DNA of 64,000 nucleotides from an uncultured Clostridia bacterium (GTDB lineage Bacteria > Bacillota > Clostridia > TANB77 > CAG-508). The notes under the pieces were generated by a model. That model worked only from the letters and a program-made list of their open reading frames with translations, searched no databases and was not told where the DNA came from. The DNA is taken from positions 7,880 to 71,879 of the forward strand of contig CANQTN010000007.1 in NCBI GenBank assembly GCA_947626815.1, given 5' to 3'. The translations under genes and the position numbers were made by a program. Below, piece by piece: positions 49,935-59,679 of the stretch; the first letter of the stretch is position 1; each line of letters begins with the position of its first letter.

Positions 49935-51741
49935 TAACCAAACTTTAATAATATTAATAATAACACTTCTTTTCAATATTGCATTTACATGTTATATAAG
50001 AAAAGTAAAGGGAAAAAATCAATTAAAAAACATGTTTATGTGTGTTGATGCTTTACTTACAATATGGCTTATAGGGTTAATAATGCAATTGACATTATCT
50101 GATCCACTAAATATACCACCAGTATATTTCGACTACATTGTATATATAGCAATATGTTTTATGCCAATAGTTATATTTTTTATAGGATTGATATTTGCAA
50201 ATACAAAAATAATATTTAAGAAAAAATATCTGCTATTGTTCATAATACCAATATTATCTTTATTAGTATTATGGACAAATGATTTTCACCATTTATTTTA
50301 TGAAAATTATTCTGTAGATTTTAAAATAAATGTTTATGGACCATACTTTACGATTCATAATATATATTCATATGCTATATTATTTATAGGAATAATATAT
50401 TTATTAAGATTTTCTATAAAAAATTCGGGATTATTTTCAAAACAATCAATGTTAATAACACTAGGAATTAGTTTTCCACTAATTACAAACATATTAGGAA
50501 CTTTTCAAATAATACCAATGAATATATATATTACACCTATTACATTTGTGATAGCAATATTTTGTTTTGCAGTTGCAATTTTTAAATTTGAATTTTTAGG
50601 AGTATCACCAATAGCAATGCAAAAAATTGTAGATAGAATATCAGATAGTTTTGTAGTAATAGGAGAAGACAATAAAATTATAGATTTTAATAAAACATTT
50701 ATAAATACTTTTCAGCTAAAGCAAGAAAAATTAAGAGGTGAAAATTTTATAGATTTTTTGAAATTAAATGAAAAATATAAAATAAATATAGAAAAATTTG
50801 AAAAATCATTAGAAAAAATTAAAAAAACCAAAAAAGCAATATCATTTGAGCAAAAATTTGAAGAAATAGACAAATATTTTATGGTAGAAATAACATCAAT
50901 TAATTCAGAAGATACGTTACTAGGAATATTAGTGTTATTTAAAGATATAACACAACATAAAGAAGACATGGAAACAATAAAAAACAAACAAGACTTATTA
51001 ATAGAAAGAGAGCGTTTAGCATCTTTAGGACAATTAATAGGAGGAATAGCACATAATTTAAAAACTCCTATAATGTCAATATCAGGAGCATTAGAAGGAC
51101 TAGAAGATTTAATAAAAGAATATGATCAGTCAATAGATTCACCATTAGTAAATTCTGCAGATCATCATGAAATAGCAAAAGATATGGAAAGCTGGATTCC
51201 AAAAATAAGAGCATATATAGAATATATGTCTGACATAATCACAACAGTAAAAGGACAAGCAGTAGTTTTATCAAACAAAGAAAGTATGACATTTACAATT
51301 GAAGAATTAGTAAAAAAAGTAGATATTTTAATGAAACATGAATTAAAAAAATCATATATATATCTAAATATTGTAATGAAAACAAATGAAAATCAGATTT
51401 TAGATGGAGATGTAAATAGTTTAGTACAAGTAGTTAATAATATGATATCAAATGCAATACAAGCCTATGATGGAAAGCAAAATCAGAATATAGAGTTAAT
51501 AGTGGACAGAAATGAAGATAATATTATAATTTCTATTAAAGATTTTGCAGGTGGGTTACCAAAAGAAGTACAAAATAAAATATTTAAAGAAATGATTACA
51601 ACTAAAGGAAAAAACGGAACAGGGCTTGGATTATATATGTCATATTCAAATATTAAGGCAATGTTTAGAGGAGATATAAAATTTGAAACAGAAGAAGGAA
51701 AAGGTACTACATTTAATATAATATTACCAATAGCACAATAA
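49927..51741 (+). CDS. Multi-TM sensor histidine kinase
   Basis: Start ATG overlaps the NRPS stop (ATGACTAA). Six to seven N-terminal TM helices. H-box LGQLIGGIAHNLKTPIMSI. HATPase region NMISNAIQAYDG...GTGLGLYMSYSNIKAMFRGDIKFETEEGKGTTFNIILP. Confidence 0.85.
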   Translation: MTNNQTLIILIITLLFNIAFTCYIRKVKGKNQLKNMFMCVDALLTIWLIGLIMQLTLSDPLNIPPVYFDYIVYIAICFMPIVIFFIGLIFANTKIIFKKKYLLLFIIPILSLLVLWTNDFHHLFYENYSVDFKINVYGPYFTIHNIYSYAILFIGIIYLLRFSIKNSGLFSKQSMLITLGISFPLITNILGTFQIIPMNIYITPITFVIAIFCFAVAIFKFEFLGVSPIAMQKIVDRISDSFVVIGEDNKIIDFNKTFINTFQLKQEKLRGENFIDFLKLNEKYKINIEKFEKSLEKIKKTKKAISFEQKFEEIDKYFMVEITSINSEDTLLGILVLFKDITQHKEDMETIKNKQDLLIERERLASLGQLIGGIAHNLKTPIMSISGALEGLEDLIKEYDQSIDSPLVNSADHHEIAKDMESWIPKIRAYIEYMSDIITTVKGQAVVLSNKESMTFTIEELVKKVDILMKHELKKSYIYLNIVMKTNENQILDGDVNSLVQVVNNMISNAIQAYDGKQNQNIELIVDRNEDNIIISIKDFAGGLPKEVQNKIFKEMITTKGKNGTGLGLYMSYSNIKAMFRGDIKFETEEGKGTTFNIILPIAQ

Positions 51742-51812
51742 TATAAAAAATTCAAAATCCTTTATTTCAATCAAAGTATAAAAAACTAATACATGGGAAC
51801 ACTAATTAAGAG

Positions 51813-52970
51813 GTGAAAACTTTGAGGAGAATAAGAAGGAAATTTAGCAATGCAAAAAAGGCAATTATAGCATTCATAATAGCAATATGTTTATGGATAT
51901 TTGGATTTTATTTATATACTACATATCAAAATATTGAAATAAAACCATCAGAATATGAAACAACAAGAACATTATCCACACAAATAGAACAAACTGTGGA
52001 AGAAGTAGAACAAAATAGCAAAAATGTAGCTGACATTATTGAAGAGACAACAAAAAAAGTAGTAGGTATTTCAAAACTAAAAAATGCTGGAAGTAGCATT
52101 TTATCTAAAAGTACGGAAAGTGAACTTGGACTAGGTACAGGGATAATTGTAACAGAAGATGGATACATTTTAAGCAATGAACATGTAACAGGTAGCAAAT
52201 ACAGCAAATGTTATATTACATTAGAAAACGGAAACAGCTATGATGGCACAGTTGTATGGAGTGATCCTAATTTAGACCTATCGATTACTAAAATAAACGC
52301 AAAAAATTTAGAATATGTAACTTTTGCAAATTCAAGTAATATTAGAGTAGGGGAAACAGTTTATGCTATAGGAAATCCAATAGGATTTGAATTTAGAAGA
52401 ACAGTAACATCAGGAATAATAAGTGCAAAAAATAGAACAATAAAAATCGAAGAGGAAAATCAATCATCATATATGACAAATTTAATTCAAACAGATGCAA
52501 CAATAAACCCAGGAAATAGTGGAGGTCCACTAATTTATCCAAATGGGGAAGTAATAGGAATAAATACTGTAAAAATTTCGTCAGCAGAAGGAATAGGGTT
52601 TGCAGTACCAATAGATATAGTAAAACCAATAATAGAGAGCTTTAAGAACATAGGAAAATTTGAAGAGGCAACAATTGGCATTTATGCTTATGATAAAGAA
52701 GTAATTCCATATTTGAATTCTGGAGCAAGTATTATACCAAATATAAATTTTGACAGAGGAATTTATGTGGTACAAATTACTAAAAATAGTGCGGCAGATA
52801 ATACAGATTTAAAAGAAGGAGATATTATAACTAGTATAGATAATGTAGAACTGAATACAATGAATGATTTAAGGCAATATATCTATACCAAAAAACCAAA
52901 TGATGAGGTTGTTTTAAATATTATTAGAGGAAAAATTAATAGACAAATAAAAATAATATTAGGAAAATAG
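51813..52970 (+). CDS. htrA: HtrA/DegP-family serine protease with C-terminal PDZ domain
   Basis: N-terminal TM anchor. Catalytic motifs GTGIIVTEDGYILSNEHV (His), DLSITKI (Asp) and TDATINPGNSGGPLI (Ser). PDZ-like C-terminal domain. GTG start at 51813; a TTG at 51822 is an alternative. Confidence 0.85.
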   Translation: MKTLRRIRRKFSNAKKAIIAFIIAICLWIFGFYLYTTYQNIEIKPSEYETTRTLSTQIEQTVEEVEQNSKNVADIIEETTKKVVGISKLKNAGSSILSKSTESELGLGTGIIVTEDGYILSNEHVTGSKYSKCYITLENGNSYDGTVVWSDPNLDLSITKINAKNLEYVTFANSSNIRVGETVYAIGNPIGFEFRRTVTSGIISAKNRTIKIEEENQSSYMTNLIQTDATINPGNSGGPLIYPNGEVIGINTVKISSAEGIGFAVPIDIVKPIIESFKNIGKFEEATIGIYAYDKEVIPYLNSGASIIPNINFDRGIYVVQITKNSAADNTDLKEGDIITSIDNVELNTMNDLRQYIYTKKPNDEVVLNIIRGKINRQIKIILGK

Positions 52971-53044
52971 TGAAACTGATTTACAAATATATGCTATTAA
53001 GATATGGTATAATATATACTTATAAATAACGGAGGAAAAGATAT

Positions 53045-54268
53045 ATGTCAAAAATTTTAAATTTGATAAAAAGAATTAAAGGAATGTTGAATAGAAATCC
53101 TAAATTAGAAGAAGGACATAATCAAATAGAAGAAATGCCTAAAACAGATAATTCAAAGAGAGACAATTTTAGACAAAGCTTAGGAAAAATATATACAAAA
53201 GAAAATAGTATGAATGAAATAATGTCACAACTAGGAATTAATCAAGAATTAATTAAAAATAAATTTGCTTATAGAAGGATAGTTGACCAAATTGAAGAAA
53301 TTTTAGAAGAAAGAAAAATTAATTGGCCACAAAATAAAACTGCAATTAATTCTGAAGATATGACAAAAATAATACAAGAAATAAAAAATAGTGGTAAAGA
53401 AAGAGAAGAAGATAGATATGCATCATATTATGGTAGAAAAATAGATGGCTTTAGACAATCAGGATTAAAAGTTGATGAAAAAGGTAATGTTATTTTTACA
53501 AAAATAAGCATTAAAGCTAAAGACGAAAGAGCATTAGGCGATGATGAATATATGCAATCAACAATATCTTTAAATGAAGATGGAACGGTGCATAATGAAG
53601 GTTATTATATAAAATTAGATTCTACAACATCTCATTTAAGAGAAGAAAAAGATGCCACAAGAGATTTTGTCATAGATTATTACGAAAATGGCGAGAAAAA
53701 AATGATACAAACTCATACTTATTCACATAAAGATGGAGAAAAAAGCATTTTAACTGAAACACATGAAGAAGGAGAACAATTGTTGACTCTACAAGATCAT
53801 GATAAGTTGTCTGAAATTATGGAAGATATAAATCAAAATGGACAAGAAGGAATAGATAGAACATTGCAAAAATGGGATACATTTAAAGCAGGAATAAAAC
53901 AAAGTCTTATGCCAATATTACTGAAGCATGATTTTTCATATATTAGTTATGATCAAAGCAACGATTCTAAACTATATGTTAAATGCTTAGAACAATTAGA
54001 AATTCAAATTCAAAAAGAAATGTTCCATAATAAAGGAAGTGCAATGAGTTACTTTGAGACCATATTAAGACCTGTATTAAATGAAATAAAAAATCCAAAA
54101 AAAGTAGAACTTGGAAAATATAAAATACCTCAAAAGTATTTATTTGAAGCTATAAGGAATGGAGCAGATTTTTATAAAGAAGCAATTAAGGAAGAAGCTA
54201 GAATAGATAAAGCTTATAGAGGAAAAGATCGGAAAGATAGGATGGGAGACATTACTACGATTTATTAG
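53045..54268 (+). CDS. Hypothetical cytoplasmic protein (407 aa)
   Basis: Long ORF with RBS GGAGGAAAAGATATATG. Charged and hydrophilic. No recognisable motifs. Confidence 0.5.
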   Translation: MSKILNLIKRIKGMLNRNPKLEEGHNQIEEMPKTDNSKRDNFRQSLGKIYTKENSMNEIMSQLGINQELIKNKFAYRRIVDQIEEILEERKINWPQNKTAINSEDMTKIIQEIKNSGKEREEDRYASYYGRKIDGFRQSGLKVDEKGNVIFTKISIKAKDERALGDDEYMQSTISLNEDGTVHNEGYYIKLDSTTSHLREEKDATRDFVIDYYENGEKKMIQTHTYSHKDGEKSILTETHEEGEQLLTLQDHDKLSEIMEDINQNGQEGIDRTLQKWDTFKAGIKQSLMPILLKHDFSYISYDQSNDSKLYVKCLEQLEIQIQKEMFHNKGSAMSYFETILRPVLNEIKNPKKVELGKYKIPQKYLFEAIRNGADFYKEAIKEEARIDKAYRGKDRKDRMGDITTIY

Positions 54269-54323
54269 TGCAGGACCTAACGTAGGACAATTTAGTAATA
54301 ATAATTTAGCAGCATATATAGAG

Positions 54324-54806
54324 ATGGATGGAGTTCTTACAGAAGAACAAGGAAAAAAATTTGAAGAAATGTATGAAGATAAAGATTATTATATATTACA
54401 ACATAAATATGTGACATCAAGCGAGTATGACAAAAAAAATGAATGCTTTAGACATGGAAAAAAATCTTCAACACATGATAAAGGGCAAAAAAACAAATTG
54501 GATTGTACAACAACAGGAACATATAACCGAACCATGAGTTTTCAGGAATTAATAAAAAATAATATACATAAAATAATAATGCGTATTCCTAGAAAAGCTT
54601 TAGATGCAAATTCTGATATACCTGTTTGGGGATCAAATGATGAAAAAGGAGATAGTTTTATTCTGCCAGAATATGTTATTGGAGATTATGGACCAGATGG
54701 CTTTGAAGAAAATCCAATTCCATTAAAAGAAAGAACACAATATAGAATAAAATATAAAGATAATTCACAAATACCTATGGAAAATACCCAACAAATGAGT
54801 ATATAA
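54324..54806 (+). CDS. Hypothetical protein (160 aa)
   Basis: ORF following the 53045 gene. No recognisable motifs. Confidence 0.4.
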   Translation: MDGVLTEEQGKKFEEMYEDKDYYILQHKYVTSSEYDKKNECFRHGKKSSTHDKGQKNKLDCTTTGTYNRTMSFQELIKNNIHKIIMRIPRKALDANSDIPVWGSNDEKGDSFILPEYVIGDYGPDGFEENPIPLKERTQYRIKYKDNSQIPMENTQQMSI

Positions 54807-54842
54807 TTTTTTATAGCATATTTTTATCAATTATAAAAATTT

Positions 54843-54875
54843 AAAGCCTACCAAAATTCAATTTTGATAGGCTTT
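54843..54875. terminator. Possible bidirectional hairpin between convergent genes
   Basis: AAAGCCTACCAAAATT-CA-ATTTTGATAGGCTTT stem with one mismatch. T-run is weak. Confidence 0.3.
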
Positions 54876-55052
54876 AAATAATTACATATTCAAAATACTA
54901 TATACATGTTATAATATTATTGTGTTAATAACTTTCTGAAAAACTATTTCACATAAAGCACAACACGGAACCCAACATGGATAGCGTAGCCAGAAAGTCC
55001 ATCATGACCGTTCGCACGAACGACTGGGCAGTCTGACCCATCATGATATAAA

Positions 55053-56546
55053 CTACCGACCACGAGAAACAACGAACATTGTTTCACTGTTTATGTTATG
55101 ACCTGTAGTCCATTCCCACATATTTCCTGCCATATCATATATATTATAGTTTTTAAAATCTTTACAAATTCCTGTTCCAATTTCTATATAATTTTCATCA
55201 CTACTTGGATTTACATTAATGGCTCCATTTGTATAATTATTAGCAACCTGCCACCCACTACTGTACTTATGGTTCGCCCATAAGCCATTTACACTATTCC
55301 AAACTGTATTAGTATTGTCATGATAGTTTCCCCATTTTGTAGAATTTGTTATATCCTTGTTGCTATTATTAGGTCCATATATATTTTCACAAATATGATT
55401 CCATGCTTGTGAATCTACTAAATAACTTCCTACATTATCATTACCTTTATACATATTTTCTGCTACTATTTTTGAATTTGGTTGACTTATAAAGTTCCAT
55501 GCTTGTACTCCTTTTTTACTTACTGGAGCTAAATTTTTTATTTTTTCTAATCCTACATTAGTTGTTTGACCTCTATTATCATGATTATAGGTAAAATCTG
55601 ATCCATCTGCAGATCTATAAAAATCTACATCTGTTGGCACTCCTGCCTCATATCTTGCTATATAAAATCCTCCATATTTGCTTATACTTTCTTCTGCTAC
55701 ACCTGTTTGATTTTTTTCCCAACTACTTGTTATTGGATCTATTATACCACTCGCATTATATGCTTCATTTATTTTCTCATTATCTGTTTGTGTGTAATCA
55801 TCTCTCCATGCATTTCCATCTCCACCACCATTTGTTTTATATTCTGGATTAGTAGTCCAATTATTTTTTGTTACTGCATTCTTTGCATTTCTATATTGAC
55901 TTACTGTACATGGTATCCATACAAATTCGTTTCCATCATTATCTTTTATTACTAGTCCATTTTCTATTTTTTGCTCATCTGACACTTCTGATACTTTAAA
56001 TCCTGCTGGCACTGTTGCTACATTTCCACCATCTGAATAATTATATTTTTCTGTCTTTGCTACTTTTTTTCCAACTTCAACTGAAGCTTGTGTTGCTGTA
56101 ACCTCATCTTCTGATATCACTATTGAATAACCATTATATTCTACTATAGTTGGCAAGCTACTTATTTTATTTTCTTCTGATAATGCTTCACCTTTATATT
56201 TTATTCCACTTAAGTTGTTTATTAAATGCTTATTTAAATCTGCTACATCTAATTCTCCTTTATTATTATAACTTTTCAATACTTCCACTTGTATAGCTTC
56301 TTCTGCTGACATTTTATTTGTCCTATCTGCTGCTGTTGCTGCTTTATTTAGTATTCCATCTTGTCCTGATAGTGTTGATAGAGTTACTCCTACTAATAAT
56401 AACAATACTATTATTGTTATTACTAATGCTATTAATGTTATTCCACTTATTTTTTTTCTGTTTTTATCTGTATTTTCTGTTTTTCTTTTAATCTCTTTAT
56501 TTTTCATTTTTACTTTTTTCCACCCCTTCATCTTTTGTTTTTTCAC
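55053..56546 (-). CDS. Prepilin-like N-terminus + FGE-sulfatase (C-type-lectin fold) domain protein; C-terminus truncated by +1 frameshift (intact reading would end at 54944)
   Basis: Likely start ATG at 56507 (MKNKEIKRKTENTDKNRKKISGITLIALVITIIVLL). FGE-domain motifs TVPAGFKVSE, GNEFVWIPC, GGFYIARYE and YDMAGNMWEWTTG. Frame 0 ends ...VVSRGR*. The +1 frame from about 55058 continues RGGSLYHDGSDCPVVRANGHDGLSGYAIHVGFRVVLYVK*, which is the conserved FGE C-terminal RGGSW...GFRVV block. Confidence 0.75.
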   Translation of the reverse strand: MKKQKMKGWKKVKMKNKEIKRKTENTDKNRKKISGITLIALVITIIVLLLLVGVTLSTLSGQDGILNKAATAADRTNKMSAEEAIQVEVLKSYNNKGELDVADLNKHLINNLSGIKYKGEALSEENKISSLPTIVEYNGYSIVISEDEVTATQASVEVGKKVAKTEKYNYSDGGNVATVPAGFKVSEVSDEQKIENGLVIKDNDGNEFVWIPCTVSQYRNAKNAVTKNNWTTNPEYKTNGGGDGNAWRDDYTQTDNEKINEAYNASGIIDPITSSWEKNQTGVAEESISKYGGFYIARYEAGVPTDVDFYRSADGSDFTYNHDNRGQTTNVGLEKIKNLAPVSKKGVQAWNFISQPNSKIVAENMYKGNDNVGSYLVDSQAWNHICENIYGPNNSNKDITNSTKWGNYHDNTNTVWNSVNGLWANHKYSSGWQVANNYTNGAINVNPSSDENYIEIGTGICKDFKNYNIYDMAGNMWEWTTGHNINSETMFVVSRGR

Positions 56547-56820
56547 ATAAAATTTAACAAATATTCTTATTGTTACTTTTTTATTTTATTTTTATATATT
56601 TTTTATGTCAATGAGTTAAGAGCTATGTTCCATTTCACAATAACTATCTTTTCGCTCATTTTAATACTGTATATCTACAAAAATAGAAAAAGTGCAATAA
56701 TTAATTCATCATTAAAATTAATATTACACTTTTTTCATTTTTTTTAATATTTAATATATTTTAAAAAAATTGTCTTTCAAATTATTTATCTATTACTTTT
56801 TTAAATCTGGCTTTTTAGTA

Positions 56821-58098
56821 TTACCTTATATAAAGTGTAAGGCGAGATCCACTGCTGTCGTGACTGTCGACTGGATAGTGATCGAAGCGGAAGCTTGAAG
56901 TAAAATAGTTGTTGCAGTTACCTCCTCGTAATAATCGAACTTTTGTGCCACAAGCCTCTAATGTCCATTCAGCTAAATTATTTCCTAAATCATATATGTT
57001 ATTTATTACATCTCCTTCAGTACTTCCTGTTGTTGTCTTAGGATGTTGTGGTATTTTTTCTGTTGTAACTTTTGATGCCTCACTACCTTTCAACATCCAA
57101 TTCAACATCGCATCATACTGACTTCCCCATATCATACTTGATCCTACTATATCTTCTATTTCATTATCACTTGCATAATTTATTTGCTTTTCATACATTC
57201 CATACCACCTGTTTCCACTACTAACTGTTGCATCCATTGATGTTTGCCCATTTTTTGATTGTACTTTAGTTTCATTCAAACTCGTTTCATATCTTCCTAC
57301 ATAAAATCCTCCATATTTTATTATCCCTCTTATCATATTATCATATTCTTCCTGCAAGCCATTTTCTGTTACTATGTTATTATTATGAGTACTTGCATCT
57401 CCACTAGTTTCATCTGACAAATACGCTGGCTCTCGAAAATCTGTTGCTGTTGTTGTACATCCACTTTTTATTGTTGAATTTTCTCCTTCAAAATCATACA
57501 ACAATCCTCTATAATGTCCATCTTTTAATATTGCCATTGCTTTATTTTTTGTTCCTGCTCCTTCCGAAGGCGATACCACTGTCGGAACTGGCACCCATAC
57601 AAATTCACTTCCATCTGGTGCTTTTACTACTAATCCGGTATCTATTTTTTTATCTGTTTCTGATACTATAAATCCTTTTGGTACTGTTGCTACATTTACT
57701 CCATCTGAATAATTATATTTTTCTGTCTTTGTTACTTCTTTTCCAACTTCAACTGAAGCTTGTGTTGCTGTAACTCCATCTTCTGCTATTACTATTGAAT
57801 AACCATTATATTCTACCACTGCTGGTAGGTTTTTTATTTTATTGCTTTCTGATAGTTCATTGCTATCATATTTTATTCCTTTTAAGTTTTTTATTAAATT
57901 TGTGTTTAAGTCTTCTAAGTCTATTTCTCCTTTACTATTATAGCTTCCCAACACCTCTACTTGTATAGCTTCTTCTGCCGTCATTTTATTTGTCCTATCT
58001 GCTGCTGTTGCTGCTTTATTTAGTATTCCATCTTGTCCTGATAGTGTTGATAGAGTTACTCCTACTAATATTAACAATACAATTATTGTTATTACCAA
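56821..58098 (-). CDS. Prepilin-like N-terminus + FGE-sulfatase-fold domain protein (paralog)
   Basis: TTG-initiated body frame beginning (N)GITLIALVITIIVLLILVGVTLSTLSGQDG. Preceded by an in-frame TGA and an out-of-frame ATG leader (ATG 58189, MKKEIFEQEESKKNKKSCQKEKMKR). FGE motifs TVPKGFIVSE, GSEFVWVPVP, GGFYVGRYE, YDLGNNLAEWTLE and VRLLRGGNC. Divergent GC-rich C-terminus. Confidence 0.75.
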   Translation of the reverse strand: MVITIIVLLILVGVTLSTLSGQDGILNKAATAADRTNKMTAEEAIQVEVLGSYNSKGEIDLEDLNTNLIKNLKGIKYDSNELSESNKIKNLPAVVEYNGYSIVIAEDGVTATQASVEVGKEVTKTEKYNYSDGVNVATVPKGFIVSETDKKIDTGLVVKAPDGSEFVWVPVPTVVSPSEGAGTKNKAMAILKDGHYRGLLYDFEGENSTIKSGCTTTATDFREPAYLSDETSGDASTHNNNIVTENGLQEEYDNMIRGIIKYGGFYVGRYETSLNETKVQSKNGQTSMDATVSSGNRWYGMYEKQINYASDNEIEDIVGSSMIWGSQYDAMLNWMLKGSEASKVTTEKIPQHPKTTTGSTEGDVINNIYDLGNNLAEWTLEACGTKVRLLRGGNCNNYFTSSFRFDHYPVDSHDSSGSRLTLYIR

Positions 58099-58364
58099 TG
58101 CTATTAATGTTATTCCGTTTCATTTTTTCCTTTTGACAAGATTTTTTATTCTTTTTGCTTTCCTCTTGCTCAAATATTTCCTTTTTCATCTGTATTTTTC
58201 CACCTTTCTTCCATTTTTGTTCTTTGGTATACTTTTCATCAAACTATTTTAAATATGTTATTTGCATATACCTACTATACATAATAGCAAATTACCTTAT
58301 TAAAGTACATGATGAAATATACGAATTAAAGTGGAAGAAAACAGATAATATAAAAAAATACAAA

Positions 58365-59501
58365 TTAATAAGACTGACTATCCATAAAATCAATTTTTCT
58401 TTCATAATCTTTAGTTTCTTTATTTGCCATATAAACAGAACTACCATTTTTCTTTAAAAATTCTACAATTTGATAAACATCAATCCAAATTTCATTAGGA
58501 CTATCAACTTGAGAATCATCAAAAATAAGTTGCATACCAAAATGCAAATGAGGAACATTAATATTATTTATATTTTCTTTTATACTATAACCAGTCATTC
58601 CAAGATAACCAATAACATCACCTGCTTTTACTTGCATTCCTTGTTTTAAACCTTCAGCATATGGATGATCTTTTCTTAGATGTGCGTAATAGTAATACCT
58701 TTTAGAATTCAAACTTCTAATACCAATTCTCCAACCACCATATTGATTCCAACCTAAATTTTCAATAACACCAGATTCAACAGCAATTATAGGAGTTCCA
58801 ATACTACCCATTAAATCATTACCTAAATGAGTTCTTTTAAAACCATATGATCTAGAATTTCCAAAATCATCATAATGACTAAAAGAATAATTTTTAGCAA
58901 TAGGAAGGAAAGCTTTCAAACCATACTTTTCTTCATAAGTTTTAGAATTATCATCATTGTCAGTTTCTATAAAATAATTGCCAATAAAACCATCTAAAAC
59001 AGCACAATAACTTTCATAATAATAATTATAAAATTTCATAGAAGAAGTTAAACTTTCAATTGTTTTACCACTTTTCAATTTTTCTACTAAATCATCTAAA
59101 GTAGTAGATTTAAAATTTTTAAAATTACCTCCATTTTTACAAGCAAGATATGCTAAAAGTTCAATCCAATTATATTTAATATCTTCATTATTTTGATGTG
59201 ATTTTATATCTAAATTAGCAGTTTTATTTAAAACATCAGCAGTTACATTAAAATCTACCCATTTTATAAAATCTTTCTTATCATCATTAATTTCAGGATC
59301 TTCAACATCAGAAGTTTCAGGTTCAGAAACACTATTTTCATCAGTAGTAGAATTTGAAGTAACAGAAGTTTTATTTTTAACAAAATTAAAATTAAAAATT
59401 TTTGAAAAAGGTTTATAAAAAAAATATAATGATATAATAATTGTTATAATTAATACAAAAATAAATATTTTTTTTGGAAAAACAAAAGAATGAATAAACA
59501 T
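58365..59501 (-). CDS. M23-family (LytM-like) metallopeptidase, membrane-anchored
   Basis: N-terminal TM helix. C-terminal HLGNDLMGSIGTPIIAVESGVI...AGDVIGYLGMTGYS...PHLHFGMQL, which is the HxxxD...HxH M23 signature. Confidence 0.8.
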   Translation of the reverse strand: MFIHSFVFPKKIFIFVLIITIIISLYFFYKPFSKIFNFNFVKNKTSVTSNSTTDENSVSEPETSDVEDPEINDDKKDFIKWVDFNVTADVLNKTANLDIKSHQNNEDIKYNWIELLAYLACKNGGNFKNFKSTTLDDLVEKLKSGKTIESLTSSMKFYNYYYESYCAVLDGFIGNYFIETDNDDNSKTYEEKYGLKAFLPIAKNYSFSHYDDFGNSRSYGFKRTHLGNDLMGSIGTPIIAVESGVIENLGWNQYGGWRIGIRSLNSKRYYYYAHLRKDHPYAEGLKQGMQVKAGDVIGYLGMTGYSIKENINNINVPHLHFGMQLIFDDSQVDSPNEIWIDVYQIVEFLKKNGSSVYMANKETKDYERKIDFMDSQSY

Positions 59502-59679
59502 ATAAATCTCCTCATATTATAATATATAATAAAAGTATATTATAAAAATTTGTAAATAGAATATAAAAATATATTTTACGAATAAAAACATAGTAAAAAT
59601 AGTATACATAACTTGATTTTTTCAAAAAAATATGTTAAAATATTGTTTAACAGGTATTAATAAAAAATGGAGGTTAAAA

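Noticed and set aside
54947-55075. GC-rich island that looked like a possible tRNA or small RNA gene in AT-rich DNA
   Set aside because: It translates, after a 1-nt frame correction, into the conserved FGE C-terminal block RGGS...GFRVV that is contiguous with the upstream gene. No cloverleaf-compatible structure was evident.
58155-58457. 100-aa plus-strand ORF predicted in the ORF track
   Set aside because: It lies within the duplicated 5' regulatory module of the minus-strand FGE gene and is AT-rich low-complexity. A near-identical non-coding copy exists at 42031-42300. It is almost certainly spurious.
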